Of a DNA stretch of 64,000 bases, positions 48,732 through 59,236 are shown piece by piece. Numbering within the stretch: the stretch's first letter is position 1; the number at the start of each line of letters is the position of its first letter. Below the pieces are notes generated by a model that searched no databases, was not told the DNA's origin, and was given only the letters and a program-made list of their open reading frames with translations. The translations under genes were made by a program, and so were the position numbers. This DNA comes from a virus: positions 21,870 to 85,869 of the IMG/VR virus record IMGVR_UViG_3300037087_000150; one strand, 5' to 3'.

Positions 48732-50081
48732 ATGAACGAAAAAGAAACGATGAATGTTCAAATGGAGAAATTCTTCTTCACTTGGGTATATGAACATCCA
48801 ACACAATTTTTCAAGGTCGAACCAGAATATTTTAAAAATGATGAAATTCGTTTTATCTATAAAATAGTCAGAGATGAATATGTAGTATCAAAAAAAGTTT
48901 CATCACCACAACAAATTGTGGCAATGATTAAACTACATGATCCTGAAGAAAAAATCAACAATAATGTCATTAAAGTCATTCTCAAAAACAGTAATGAATC
49001 ACACGATCAAGAATGGTTAGAAAGACATTTTAAAGCTTGGAAGTTATCAAATATTCTGAAAACCAAAACATATCAGACAATTGATGAAATCCGAAATTTA
49101 AAAGAAATTGACTACAAAAATGTATCTGATGTAGCCTCCAAAATAAAACAAATTTTCGGAAACATATCTCTCATGGAAGAGGATGAAGAAAATTTGGGTG
49201 TAGATTTTGATGATCCAGAAAGTCATAAACAGGAAACGAGTACCAATAAAATTCCGAGTGGATGGGGGAATGTTGATACCATTTTACAAGGAGGTTGGGA
49301 CAAATCCACTTTCAATGTTCTTATGGGAGAAACCAATATTGGGAAATCAATGTGGTTGGATAATGTGGCTAAGAACGCGGCGGATAATGGATTTAATGTG
49401 GCTTTCATCACAGTGGAAATGCACTGGAGAAAAGTTATGAAACGTCTTGGTGCAATGCGTCTTAAAATTGATATTGACCAATACAACGAATTGAGTAAGG
49501 ATTCCACCTTTATCAAAACAAAAATAAATCAATTAAAAAATACTTCAAATTTAGGATTATTTAATTCTGGAAATCCGGGAAAAATATTTGTCATGAAATA
49601 TGACACTGGAGCTTGTACCATATCTGATATAGATAATTATCTAACCAGATTAGAGGAAGTAAAGAAAATAAAAATTGATATGTGTGTTGTTGACTACATA
49701 AATCTTATGTCAGTTGACAAACTAAATAGAGAAATTGGAAATAACTTATATCTTAAAGGAAAACATTTAGCTGAAGGACTTCGTTATTTAGCTGATAAAT
49801 TTGATATGGCCGTTGTTACAGCCACTCAAACAGATAAAGCTGTTTGGGGAGCAAATGATGTTAAACTACAAGATATTCCCGAAAGTAAAGCCGTAGCTGA
49901 AACAGCGGATAGTGTTTGGGCAATCATTAGAAATAATGATATGAGAAGGGATAATAAATATCGTCTTAAAATCTTAAAACTTCGTGATGGTGAACACAAA
50001 GGACAATTGATTAAATTCGATTTCAATCCTCGATACTTGACCATAGAAAACGATGTTCTTGAGGGAATTGGTAAAATATAA
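48732..50081 (+). CDS. Replicative DnaB-like helicase (T4 gp41-like)
   Basis: GETNIGKS, FITVEM, VVDYINLM, VTATQT, ESKAVAETAD, KLRDG. Confidence 0.93.
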   Translation: MNEKETMNVQMEKFFFTWVYEHPTQFFKVEPEYFKNDEIRFIYKIVRDEYVVSKKVSSPQQIVAMIKLHDPEEKINNNVIKVILKNSNESHDQEWLERHFKAWKLSNILKTKTYQTIDEIRNLKEIDYKNVSDVASKIKQIFGNISLMEEDEENLGVDFDDPESHKQETSTNKIPSGWGNVDTILQGGWDKSTFNVLMGETNIGKSMWLDNVAKNAADNGFNVAFITVEMHWRKVMKRLGAMRLKIDIDQYNELSKDSTFIKTKINQLKNTSNLGLFNSGNPGKIFVMKYDTGACTISDIDNYLTRLEEVKKIKIDMCVVDYINLMSVDKLNREIGNNLYLKGKHLAEGLRYLADKFDMAVVTATQTDKAVWGANDVKLQDIPESKAVAETADSVWAIIRNNDMRRDNKYRLKILKLRDGEHKGQLIKFDFNPRYLTIENDVLEGIGKI

Positions 50082-50086
50082 CAACG

Positions 50087-50110
50087 AAAGGGGATTAAAT
50101 TCCCCTTTTT
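50087..50110 (+). terminator. Intrinsic terminator
   Basis: AAAGGGGA-TTAAAT-TCCCCTTTTT. Confidence 0.75.
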
Positions 50111-50170
50111 ATTTTTTTATTTCAGCTATTTATTGTATTATTGTGTAATCTAATCGAAAAATACAATAAA

Positions 50171-50848
50171 ATGGACCACAAAAGTAAAAATATTTTATTG
50201 GAAGGATTAACTGTTTTTATCAGTGTAGTTATCTTCCTATCCTATTGGATTCTCATATCAATTATTTCAGATTCGAATTCAAATTTTAATTCACCCAATT
50301 TTTTTGTTTCAAACTCATTTCAAGCCGGATCGGCTTTTTCTGTCTTATGGGTATTTGTCGGTTTTGGAGTGTATAAATTTGTTAATTTTTGGTACAGAAA
50401 TTATCCACCAAATGAAGAAGATTTCAGTCATCATTCAATTAAAGTTTTAAATTTCAAAAATTTTCTGAAAAATATTGGAATAGAAATTGGATGTGCATAT
50501 TTCATGATACTTTATATTTATTGTATCGTTAGTTTCCAAAGAATTTCCAGTTATTGGGATGGATTCACATTGGGTATTTATTTTATGATATCTTGGATTT
50601 TATGGGTTCATATTATTAAAAAATATCGAAAAGATTATACCAAACATTGGGAACAATATAATAAAGAGATTGAGAATTCCAAAAGAAAATACAGAAATTT
50701 TCAAGATGTTATAATTAACAGTGATGACCAAGTATTGGTTCGAGAAGTTTTACAGAAATATGTCTCTTTCGATTCAAAAATAATGGTTACAGCTGAATTT
50801 AACCGTCAAATGGAAGAAAGAGCAAAGATAAGAAAAAGTAGTCAATAA
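50171..50848 (+). CDS. Membrane protein (about 4 TM)
   Basis: Four hydrophobic segments; host-type promoter at 50113-50143. Confidence 0.65.
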   Translation: MDHKSKNILLEGLTVFISVVIFLSYWILISIISDSNSNFNSPNFFVSNSFQAGSAFSVLWVFVGFGVYKFVNFWYRNYPPNEEDFSHHSIKVLNFKNFLKNIGIEIGCAYFMILYIYCIVSFQRISSYWDGFTLGIYFMISWILWVHIIKKYRKDYTKHWEQYNKEIENSKRKYRNFQDVIINSDDQVLVREVLQKYVSFDSKIMVTAEFNRQMEERAKIRKSSQ

Positions 50849-50866
50849 TCAATATCAGATTTATCC

Positions 50867-51106
50867 ATGAAACAGATAATAATACTTTTGTTGTTATTTC
50901 TTCTATTTTCATCGTGTAAAAATCACACATATAAAATAGAAGGAAATATGAAAGTTAAGATCAGTTCCATCAATCATACCTTATTAAGACCAACGATTGT
51001 CTATACTGACACTTTTACCATTGTAAAGGATTCTGTATATTATTATAATTCGGATGGTTCTTTGGTATCCATTCTTTCCCCATATAAGATATCCAAATTA
51101 AAGTAA
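50867..51106 (+). CDS. Putative lipoprotein
   Basis: MKQIIILLLLFLLFSSC lipobox. Confidence 0.65.
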   Translation: MKQIIILLLLFLLFSSCKNHTYKIEGNMKVKISSINHTLLRPTIVYTDTFTIVKDSVYYYNSDGSLVSILSPYKISKLK

Positions 51107-51116
51107 AATTCATTCT

Positions 51117-51551
51117 ATGACCGAATCACAAGTAATTGATAAAATCGAAAAATTAGCTAGAGAATCGAGATTGAATTTTCCTGAACTATCATCAGCATTA
51201 TTCTGTCTTGAAGGAGTTTCACACTCTAACGGTGAGGAATTAAATAGAATCTTATACGACTATTCCGAAAAGTGTATGAAGGAAATGGGTAATAATGAGG
51301 ATAATCGTAAAAGAGATTTAATCCTCTGGTATATTCAAAAAATAGAATCAATACAAAATGATATTTCAAAACAAATCATAAATGATGAAACAACAAATAG
51401 TAAAATTTGTCTTATCGGTTCATCTTTATGTTATATTCAAGCCATAATGGTAATGGGGTATGGATTTGTTCAACAACTCCACGAAATTTGCTACAATTTT
51501 TCACAAAGAAAATCGGGAAAATTGAATCCCTTATTTTACAATCCAAATTAA
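51117..51551 (+). CDS. Hypothetical protein
   Basis: ORF in operon. Confidence 0.55.
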   Translation: MTESQVIDKIEKLARESRLNFPELSSALFCLEGVSHSNGEELNRILYDYSEKCMKEMGNNEDNRKRDLILWYIQKIESIQNDISKQIINDETTNSKICLIGSSLCYIQAIMVMGYGFVQQLHEICYNFSQRKSGKLNPLFYNPN

Positions 51552-51555
51552 AGTA

Positions 51556-52197
51556 ATGGAAAAGAAGAATGTAAGTTTTTTGGATTTATTGACAATCGTA
51601 TTATCTATTTATGTCATTTTTGTTTTTGCCATAGAGGCCTTTATAAAAATACCAGTACAAATTTCCAATTTGTTGACATACATAGATGATTTCATTTGTT
51701 TCATTTTTATATTTGATTTTTTCTATCGATTTTATTGGGCTGAAAGTAAATCGAAATTTTTAAAATGGGGATGGATAGATCTCGTATCAAGTATTCCAGC
51801 CTTTCCGTTCATGAGGATTGGTAGAATTTTCAGACTATTCAGATTACTTAGAATTTTTCGTTCCGTCAAAATTTTAATAAGTCATGTTTTTAAAAACAGA
51901 ATCAAAGGGGCTTTCAAATCAGCATTTACAATAGCCATACTTATTGTAATTTGTTGTTCGATTAGTATATTAATTGTTGAGAATGATCCACAAAGTAATA
52001 TTAAAACAGCTGTTGACGCTATTTATTGGTCTTTGTCAAGTTTAATAACTGGTTATAGTGGAAAATTTCCTATTACTACCGAAGGAAAAGCGATTGGTCT
52101 TATACTGATGTTTACTGGAATAGGTTTAATTGGTACATTTACAGCCTATGTTGCTTCATGGTTTATCGAAGAAGATTTAAAACGAGAGAAGAAATAA
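51556..52197 (+). CDS. Voltage-gated K+ channel-like 6-TM protein with degenerate filter
   Basis: WIDLVSSIP, S4 RIGRIFRLFRLLRIFR, DAIYW, P.TTEGK; filter reads ITGYSG. Confidence 0.85.
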   Translation: MEKKNVSFLDLLTIVLSIYVIFVFAIEAFIKIPVQISNLLTYIDDFICFIFIFDFFYRFYWAESKSKFLKWGWIDLVSSIPAFPFMRIGRIFRLFRLLRIFRSVKILISHVFKNRIKGAFKSAFTIAILIVICCSISILIVENDPQSNIKTAVDAIYWSLSSLITGYSGKFPITTEGKAIGLILMFTGIGLIGTFTAYVASWFIEEDLKREKK

Positions 52198-52216
52198 CGA
52201 ATTGTTATTATAATAT

Positions 52217-52251
52217 AAAAAAGGGTGTAGAGAAATCTTCACCTTTTTTTT
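52217..52251 (+). terminator. Intrinsic terminator fused to downstream TATATATA box
   Basis: AAAAAGGGTG-TAGAGAAATCTT-CACCTTTTTTTT. Confidence 0.7.
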
Positions 52252-52263
52252 ATATATAAGTCA

Positions 52264-52809
52264 ATGATAACTACTTTTAAAATATTTGAGGGGGTTGGAA
52301 GAATTCCAAGAAAAAAATTAGATGGAATTTTTTATCATGGATTTACAATAGCTGATGATTCTGGACTATTTGATGAATTATCAACAAATCAATCAGATTG
52401 GGAGGCTGTATGGGTGGCTGAAGAAGAATGGGTGGCTGAGGAATTTTCTGATTGGAAATCCTATTCAGATGACGAAATGAAGGTAGTTTATCAGATACAG
52501 GTTAAGTCAACTGGAATAGCCGAGGTTAGTTATGAAACATCTCAAAATATTTTAGACGAATGGGCTATTTCAGATTTCCGAGAAAGTATAGATGTATTAA
52601 AAAGAATGGGATATAGAGGATGGATTACCCCCGGATCAATCGATAGACATCAATATGAGGATATAGCACTGTTCTATCCAAATGAACAAACAAAAATTCA
52701 GGCGGTTAAATTGTATATTGATGATGATTGGACAAATTTTATGAATTTTGATGAAGCTCAAGAAATAATTGAAAAACATTTCGATAAACAATTATCTCAG
52801 GTACAATAA
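52264..52809 (+). CDS. ADP-ribosyltransferase-like protein with CTS-like N-terminus
   Basis: MITTFKIFE; FYHG...VWVAEEEWVAEEFS...VYQIQV. Confidence 0.5.
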   Translation: MITTFKIFEGVGRIPRKKLDGIFYHGFTIADDSGLFDELSTNQSDWEAVWVAEEEWVAEEFSDWKSYSDDEMKVVYQIQVKSTGIAEVSYETSQNILDEWAISDFRESIDVLKRMGYRGWITPGSIDRHQYEDIALFYPNEQTKIQAVKLYIDDDWTNFMNFDEAQEIIEKHFDKQLSQVQ

Positions 52810-52815
52810 AACGAA

Positions 52816-53340
52816 TTATTTTTTAATATAAGCAACCATAATATCATTATGTACATGACCATCCTCATAATCTATTTCATAATCTGGATTAATGGATTTT
52901 ACAAATGATAAGATATCTTCTTTATCAAAATCATAATGTGGTTTTTCCCAACATCTCAAGTCATCAATAATCAATGTATGAGTTTTGATGGGATGTCTTT
53001 TTATTATTTCTAATTCTTGCATTAATGGACTTTCATGTTTACCCCATGCGGTATCATATCCCGAATTGTGTCCATCTAACCAAAAAGTAATCGGTTCGTT
53101 TATCGGTGATATGAGTTTTTCTAATACATCTTCTGTATCTCCCATTTGTATATTAACATTTTTATTATCTTTGAATCTTAATATACAACGATAAAAATAA
53201 TTCGGAGCTAATTCGACTGAAATTATATTTGTGAAACCGGCATCTAAGGCCCTTTGAATTCCATCACCTACATGAGATCCTGATTCAAAAAAATACTCAG
53301 TATTTTTATATTTTTCAAAAAGATTATTTACTATTGGCAT
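52816..53340 (-). CDS. SAM-dependent methyltransferase-like protein
   Basis: FFESGSHVGDG, ISVEL, GDT, FWLDGH, IIDDLR. Confidence 0.65.
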   Translation of the reverse strand: MPIVNNLFEKYKNTEYFFESGSHVGDGIQRALDAGFTNIISVELAPNYFYRCILRFKDNKNVNIQMGDTEDVLEKLISPINEPITFWLDGHNSGYDTAWGKHESPLMQELEIIKRHPIKTHTLIIDDLRCWEKPHYDFDKEDILSFVKSINPDYEIDYEDGHVHNDIMVAYIKK

Positions 53341-53359
53341 AATATTATTTGATTATTTT

Positions 53360-55915
53360 TTATACACATTTACTCCAGTTGCAATCTAAACAAGCGAGAC
53401 ATCCCTCTTTATGAATTATATTTCTCCCTCCACAAGATGGACATTCTTCATCAGCTTTTTCACCACCTATATATCTTTTTAAGATACGAATAACACCCTT
53501 TTTCCAAGTTCCCAATGTATCACCATCCAGTTTTAAACTATCAATGATTTTAATTACTGAGGGAAGATGCATTTGGTGTCTTAAAAGGCCACTAACCAAT
53601 TTACCAACATTCCAGAATTCACGATTAAATGCTCGATTAACACCTTGCATTGTAACTTCGAATCCATCTCTGTCATTGTATATGAAATCATATCTCGAAA
53701 TTGGATTACCTTCTTTATCTTTTATTTTTACCTTTTTAATTTGACCTTTTTCAACATAATTAGGTACAAGGAAATATTCGATTGAACCAGTAAATATTTC
53801 ATATGGTAATTCTGGATTTTCTTTATCCAATCCAACGAAACCAATCCATTTTTCACCTTTACTCACAAAACGAATAACATCACATTCCAATATTTCTGGT
53901 CTTTTTGGTACATTTTTCAACAGACCACCATCTTTCTTTTCTCCGTCTTTATCTTTCTCTTTCAATACAGTCGCCATTGTTCCGGCACGATATGTAGTTC
54001 CACCTTTAATCGTTCCACTCTTATAAAGTTCCATGTAAACATTTTTGAAATCTTCATAAGGATATTCATTCGATATATTAATTGTTTTTGACATAGAGGA
54101 ATCAATAAATTTAGACATGACTTTCATCGTTTCAATATGTTCTTCTATTTTCAGATTATTAATATTAACAGAGTAATTAGCTTTATCATCCCATTCACCC
54201 AGATCTTCAAGATACTTAACACCGTAATCTATAACATGACTTTCCTTGACCAATCCACGACCTTTATCAATTTTATATACAAAATCATTAAAAGTGGTTT
54301 TTAACATATTTTCATCCCCCTCCTTTACCCATACCCATTGTTGATCTAAGTGGTCTTTATTCGATGAAAAACTAAATGACAATCCAACCCAATCAATATT
54401 CTGTGGTAATGAGAGTCCTTCAGGTGGGAACGGTTGAATAACTGTTCTAATATATTCAAATAAAAATACGGGTTCTAATCCACCACTAACGACATTAGCC
54501 AATACACTGGAATTTCCAGTTGGTTGAATGGATAATAAATGTGAATTTCTGATTCCATGTTTTTTAATTAAATTTTTTGTTTCATCAGAAAGATTTTCGA
54601 CAAAATTACTTTTAAGATATTTTTCTTGTTCATATAAAGGAAAACTTCCTTTTTCTTTTGCCAAAAGGGCTGATGATTGATAGGCTATATTAGCTATAAA
54701 TTCCATTAAATCATATGTCGATTTAAGAGTTTCTTGACTTCCATATCTCTTTTTCATCATCAAAAGAGCTGAACCATAACCCATAATACCCAGACCTATT
54801 CTTCTTTTCTTTTTTAAATTATCTTTTTGTTCTTGTAATGGAACATAAGTTAAATCATTCACATTGTCCATAAAACGAATAGCTATTGGAATTATTTGTT
54901 TTAGCTTATCATAATCCCAATCATCTCTTTTTTTATTTACAAATTGTGTTAAATTTAAACTACCCAATAAACAAACACCACCAACAGGTAGAATTTGTTC
55001 TCCACAAGGATTTGTCGCTGATATATATTCTAAGTAATATAAATTATTGAAATGATTAATAGTATCAATAAATAGTACTCCCGGCTCATTACGATTGTAT
55101 GTTGATGTTAAAATAAGATTCCAAAGTTCATTTGCATTTTTGTATGTTTTATATACCTTAATCGGATGATTATCTTCAATCCATTTGCTGATATTACCAT
55201 CCCATTCATCCTCGTAAATACCTTTTACCTTATCGAAATCTGGAAAAATAAGTTCCCATTTCTTATTGTTTTTTACTGCTTCCATAAAAGAGTCAGTAAT
55301 CAACACACTCATATTAAATTTATCTAATCTTCCACTGGTTTGTTTAGCTGTAATAAATTCCTCAACATCAGGATGCCAACAACTAAGTGTTACCATTTGA
55401 GCCCCTTTACGAATTTTTTGTTTTGAATTTTTTACTTCTGATTTCTTACCACTACCATGTGTGATGACAAAAGATTGAGTATTCCACATATCCAACATTC
55501 TTACAGCTCCCGGTGTTTCGTTTGCTATTCCCTCAATAAAACCACCTTTCGGTCTCAATACATCAGCACAAAAACCATAACCTCCCTCTGATTTTAAAAT
55601 CAATGCCTGTCTGGATAAAGCTTCTGATATTCCTCTCATTGAATCCTTATCTTTACCAACAAAACCATCAACAAAACAATTGATATAAGTTGTACCTTTC
55701 AAACCGATACCAGCGTTAGATAAAATCCTACCACCCGGTACGAATTTAAAATCTTTTAAAATATCAACGAATTTGTTTGTCCAGTGTTCCTTATCCACTT
55801 CAACCGAGGCGATATCATGTGCCACTCTGAGTTGAGTTTGTTCTAAATTTTCATCCCCATATTTGTAGGTTGTCTCAAAAACTTCTTTACTTAAATCATT
55901 ATTAAATTGACTCAT
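53360..55915 (-). CDS. nrdJ: Class II (B12-dependent) ribonucleotide reductase
   Basis: PGGRIL, NCFV, TNPCGEQ, CLLGSLNL, IQPTG, C-terminal CPSC...CLDC; no beta subunit adjacent. Confidence 0.88.
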   Translation of the reverse strand: MSQFNNDLSKEVFETTYKYGDENLEQTQLRVAHDIASVEVDKEHWTNKFVDILKDFKFVPGGRILSNAGIGLKGTTYINCFVDGFVGKDKDSMRGISEALSRQALILKSEGGYGFCADVLRPKGGFIEGIANETPGAVRMLDMWNTQSFVITHGSGKKSEVKNSKQKIRKGAQMVTLSCWHPDVEEFITAKQTSGRLDKFNMSVLITDSFMEAVKNNKKWELIFPDFDKVKGIYEDEWDGNISKWIEDNHPIKVYKTYKNANELWNLILTSTYNRNEPGVLFIDTINHFNNLYYLEYISATNPCGEQILPVGGVCLLGSLNLTQFVNKKRDDWDYDKLKQIIPIAIRFMDNVNDLTYVPLQEQKDNLKKKRRIGLGIMGYGSALLMMKKRYGSQETLKSTYDLMEFIANIAYQSSALLAKEKGSFPLYEQEKYLKSNFVENLSDETKNLIKKHGIRNSHLLSIQPTGNSSVLANVVSGGLEPVFLFEYIRTVIQPFPPEGLSLPQNIDWVGLSFSFSSNKDHLDQQWVWVKEGDENMLKTTFNDFVYKIDKGRGLVKESHVIDYGVKYLEDLGEWDDKANYSVNINNLKIEEHIETMKVMSKFIDSSMSKTINISNEYPYEDFKNVYMELYKSGTIKGGTTYRAGTMATVLKEKDKDGEKKDGGLLKNVPKRPEILECDVIRFVSKGEKWIGFVGLDKENPELPYEIFTGSIEYFLVPNYVEKGQIKKVKIKDKEGNPISRYDFIYNDRDGFEVTMQGVNRAFNREFWNVGKLVSGLLRHQMHLPSVIKIIDSLKLDGDTLGTWKKGVIRILKRYIGGEKADEECPSCGGRNIIHKEGCLACLDCNWSKCV

Positions 55916-56013
55916 ACATTTCTTCTATTTCTTTTTTAATCACTAAAGTACATGAAACACCCATGCTCCTGAACTTTGAGTTATATAATTGATTTCGAAA
56001 AATGTCTAAAAAA

Positions 56014-56724
56014 TTACATAAAATTAATTGAAGTAATATCATTTAGGTATCCTTTATCACGAAGTTCATCAATAATCCCCATGGCATAATTTTTATCGAG
56101 TAATTTATACATATTAAAAATGTTGTCAGTAAAATAATAAGCTAATTCTACAAATATTTCGGATTTGGTATATGTTTTTCCTACATCATCCAGTAACATT
56201 TTATAATATTCATTGAATACCAGTTTATTCGGTTTTCTACGATTCGATTTGAAATCTATATCTGTCTTTTCTTTTAAAAGAGTATAAACATCTCGTGCCA
56301 AATTTCTACGAATAACAAATTCTTCTGATTTTCTACTTTCTTCTTCAAACAAAGTACCACTTTCTATCGGAGATTCATTACCGAAACTATAATCAACTTC
56401 ACCTACCTGTCCATAAAAATCATTTTCATCAGTAGAATTTTCTGCAATTTTTCCATTGAAAATAGTATCTCTTTTTAAACTGTGTTTTCCCTCTAATTTG
56501 TGATTGTTTGTTCCAAATTTAAAATAAATATCCAAATCACTTTCTGATTCATCTTCATTAATATTGGTAACTGAGAGTTCTTCATCATTTTCAATTAAAT
56601 CATTTTCAATTTCGATAATGTCATTTTCTGAAATTTCTACACTATCCTCAGGTTGTACTTCTTGTATTTCGGGTTGTGCTTCATCTTGTGCTTCATTTTG
56701 TTCGTCATCAAAATCTTCTATCAT
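56014..56724 (-). CDS. Hypothetical protein with acidic N-terminus
   Basis: ORF after AAACTTT-N14-ATATAA (56803-56777). Confidence 0.65.
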   Translation of the reverse strand: MIEDFDDEQNEAQDEAQPEIQEVQPEDSVEISENDIIEIENDLIENDEELSVTNINEDESESDLDIYFKFGTNNHKLEGKHSLKRDTIFNGKIAENSTDENDFYGQVGEVDYSFGNESPIESGTLFEEESRKSEEFVIRRNLARDVYTLLKEKTDIDFKSNRRKPNKLVFNEYYKMLLDDVGKTYTKSEIFVELAYYFTDNIFNMYKLLDKNYAMGIIDELRDKGYLNDITSINFM

Positions 56725-56909
56725 TCATGGTGGGATTATTTTTTAGACAAAAACTTAATTTTGACATATAATTTTATTATATGTCACTTTTTACGTAAAG
56801 TTTAAAATTTTTCGAAGTATGGGTATATATTAAAAATATTCGATGAAAATTTTCCATATTAAAAATTATATATATAAGTAAACACTTGAAAAACAAATAA
56901 ATAAAGAAT

Positions 56910-59234
56910 ATGGGTAAATTTTCAACCGCATTAAATAATAAAAAGATTGATAACAGTAATATAATAACCACTGAAAAAATAAAAGAGATTCAAGAAAAAG
57001 AAAGATTAGCTTTACCTTTAAAACTAACGGAAAGACTATGGTTTAAGAACAATCCGGGAGTTAGAAGATCAGGAATAAAATTCGCTATGACACATGACGA
57101 ATTAAATGAATATCTAAAATGTAAATTATCGGTATACTACTTCGCTGAACACTTTTGTAAAATAAAATTGGAAGATGGAACTATTGGTAACATGAAACTT
57201 CGTGAATACCAAAAAGAAATTATCAAACTTTATACTGAAAATCGTTATTCGATATTAATGGCCTCTCGACAAAGTGGGAAAACAGTGTCCGCTGCTATTG
57301 TTATGTTATGGACAGTTTTATTCAACAAAGATAAAGGTATCATGGTCGTAGCCAACGTATCCAATACTGTTAAGGAAATTATCAGAAAAATAAAAGACAT
57401 ATACAGATTATTACCATTCTATTTAAAAATTGGAGTTAGTAACTGGAATGAAAGGTCATTATCATTTGAAAATGGAAGTAGAATTCAAACTCAAAACAGA
57501 AGTAAAGAACCAGCCATCGGTTTTACCGTTGACTTTTTATATCTTGATGAATTTGCTAAGATCCCAGATAATATCATTCGTTCTTATTACGCTAATGTCG
57601 TACCTACTGTATCATCCATGTCGAATTCAAAAATTGTAATTACAAGTACACCTGATGGACATAATTTATTTTATGAATTATTAAGAGATGCTGAATTACC
57701 AGAAGGTGATATTCATAAGAATCCATATAAAACATTAAAAGTTTATTGGTATCAACTTAGAGGAAGAATGGATACCAAACTTAAATTCATTCCAGATAAA
57801 CTTTTACAATATGGTATAACGAAAGAATATATTCTCAATTATTTAGAGAATCAATTAGGATATAAATTATATGAGAAAATTGTCAGTGGAGAAAAATTCT
57901 CTTACATTAAATTCTTTGAAGATGTAGAAGAAAAAATTCCAGCTTCTTTAGCTTCAATGGAAGATATTAAACAAATAAGAATTAAGACCAATATACCCGA
58001 AACCGACAGTGAGGAAGAATACAATTCTATTCCAGATATTCCATTCATAGAATTAGTCAATGTTACAAACTGGCAAGAAGAAGAAACCAACTTAATCGGT
58101 GGTGAAAGTAAATTTAATCAGGAATATGGATTACAATTTATAACCGATGAAAATTTATTATTTGACAGTTTACAATACAAAAATATTCTTAGTAACGAAT
58201 TAAGATTCGAATCATTGGAATTACCACAAATCGAGGCTAAATTAAAAATGCCATATCAAAAATGGTTAACTTGGGTAAAAGACAGACCAGATATATTTGA
58301 TATCAGAAATGCAAAAGATTATAATATATTCATTGGGATTGATATGGGTGAGGGATTGGGACAAAACTATACAGTAATAAGTATGTATAGACTTATGATG
58401 AAAGATAAGGAACTTATAGAAAAGAAAAAAATATCATATGATTCCAAATATGATTTATTCAAATTAGAACAAATTGGTATTTTTCAAAATAATATTTATA
58501 ATCCTGATGAAATAGCTCATATCTTGTATGTTTTAGCTTTTGATATTTTTGATCCAGAAAAAGTTAGAATCGTACTTGAAATGAATAAGAATTTAGGTTC
58601 AAGATTAACCGATAATATGAAGCATGTTTTCAATGACATAAACAATTATGGTGATAGTATATTTTCTCGTTTTAAACATACTGAAACAGATGAACAATTA
58701 AAAGTCGGTTTCGTTGTCAAATCTGGGGAGAAGGGGAAGAAATTAATGTTATCTGACTTCCAATCGGCTATCAAAAAAGATAATTTAATTATCCACCATT
58801 CAGGAACGATCACCGAATTAAGTTCATTCTCCAAAAAAGAATTAGCTAATGGTGAGGTAACATACAAGTCTCAGAGTGGAACGGATGACTGTGTTATGGC
58901 TATTATTAACTTAGCCGCTATATTTCGTCATACGGATTATAAGAACGCTATTGATAGTTATATTGATTTTAAAGCCACTTTGGAAGAAAAAATAATAATC
59001 AACGAGTTCTTAGAAATAACAAAAACAGAATCGTTTACTAACTTTAAATCATTCAAAGCAGCAAGACAACAATTTATAAGAAAAAACGATTTACTATCTA
59101 AGGTTAAACCTAAGAATCCTTGGCAAACAAACGCTGATACTAATGAAGATATATTTAAGAAAAATCCTTGGAAAAATCCTGATCCTTGGAAACAGACAAA
59201 TTTAAATCCATTTTGGCCAAAAAATGATAAATAG
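56910..59234 (+). CDS. terL: Terminase large subunit (T4 gp17-like)
   Basis: LREYQ, ASRQSGKT, LYLDEFA, ITSTPDG, FNQEY, GIDMGEG, DDCVMA. Confidence 0.95.
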   Translation: MGKFSTALNNKKIDNSNIITTEKIKEIQEKERLALPLKLTERLWFKNNPGVRRSGIKFAMTHDELNEYLKCKLSVYYFAEHFCKIKLEDGTIGNMKLREYQKEIIKLYTENRYSILMASRQSGKTVSAAIVMLWTVLFNKDKGIMVVANVSNTVKEIIRKIKDIYRLLPFYLKIGVSNWNERSLSFENGSRIQTQNRSKEPAIGFTVDFLYLDEFAKIPDNIIRSYYANVVPTVSSMSNSKIVITSTPDGHNLFYELLRDAELPEGDIHKNPYKTLKVYWYQLRGRMDTKLKFIPDKLLQYGITKEYILNYLENQLGYKLYEKIVSGEKFSYIKFFEDVEEKIPASLASMEDIKQIRIKTNIPETDSEEEYNSIPDIPFIELVNVTNWQEEETNLIGGESKFNQEYGLQFITDENLLFDSLQYKNILSNELRFESLELPQIEAKLKMPYQKWLTWVKDRPDIFDIRNAKDYNIFIGIDMGEGLGQNYTVISMYRLMMKDKELIEKKKISYDSKYDLFKLEQIGIFQNNIYNPDEIAHILYVLAFDIFDPEKVRIVLEMNKNLGSRLTDNMKHVFNDINNYGDSIFSRFKHTETDEQLKVGFVVKSGEKGKKLMLSDFQSAIKKDNLIIHHSGTITELSSFSKKELANGEVTYKSQSGTDDCVMAIINLAAIFRHTDYKNAIDSYIDFKATLEEKIIINEFLEITKTESFTNFKSFKAARQQFIRKNDLLSKVKPKNPWQTNADTNEDIFKKNPWKNPDPWKQTNLNPFWPKNDK

Positions 59235-59236
59235 AT

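Noticed and set aside
8307-58867. Many antisense or alternate-frame ORFs inside long genes (e.g. 8307-8603, 22702-23256, 47851-48273, 58646-58867)
   Set aside because: Shadow ORFs of well-supported genes with no motifs or expression signals.
53360-59234. Inteins or introns in RNR or terminase
   Set aside because: Frames are continuous; no intein splice residues or homing endonuclease motifs seen.
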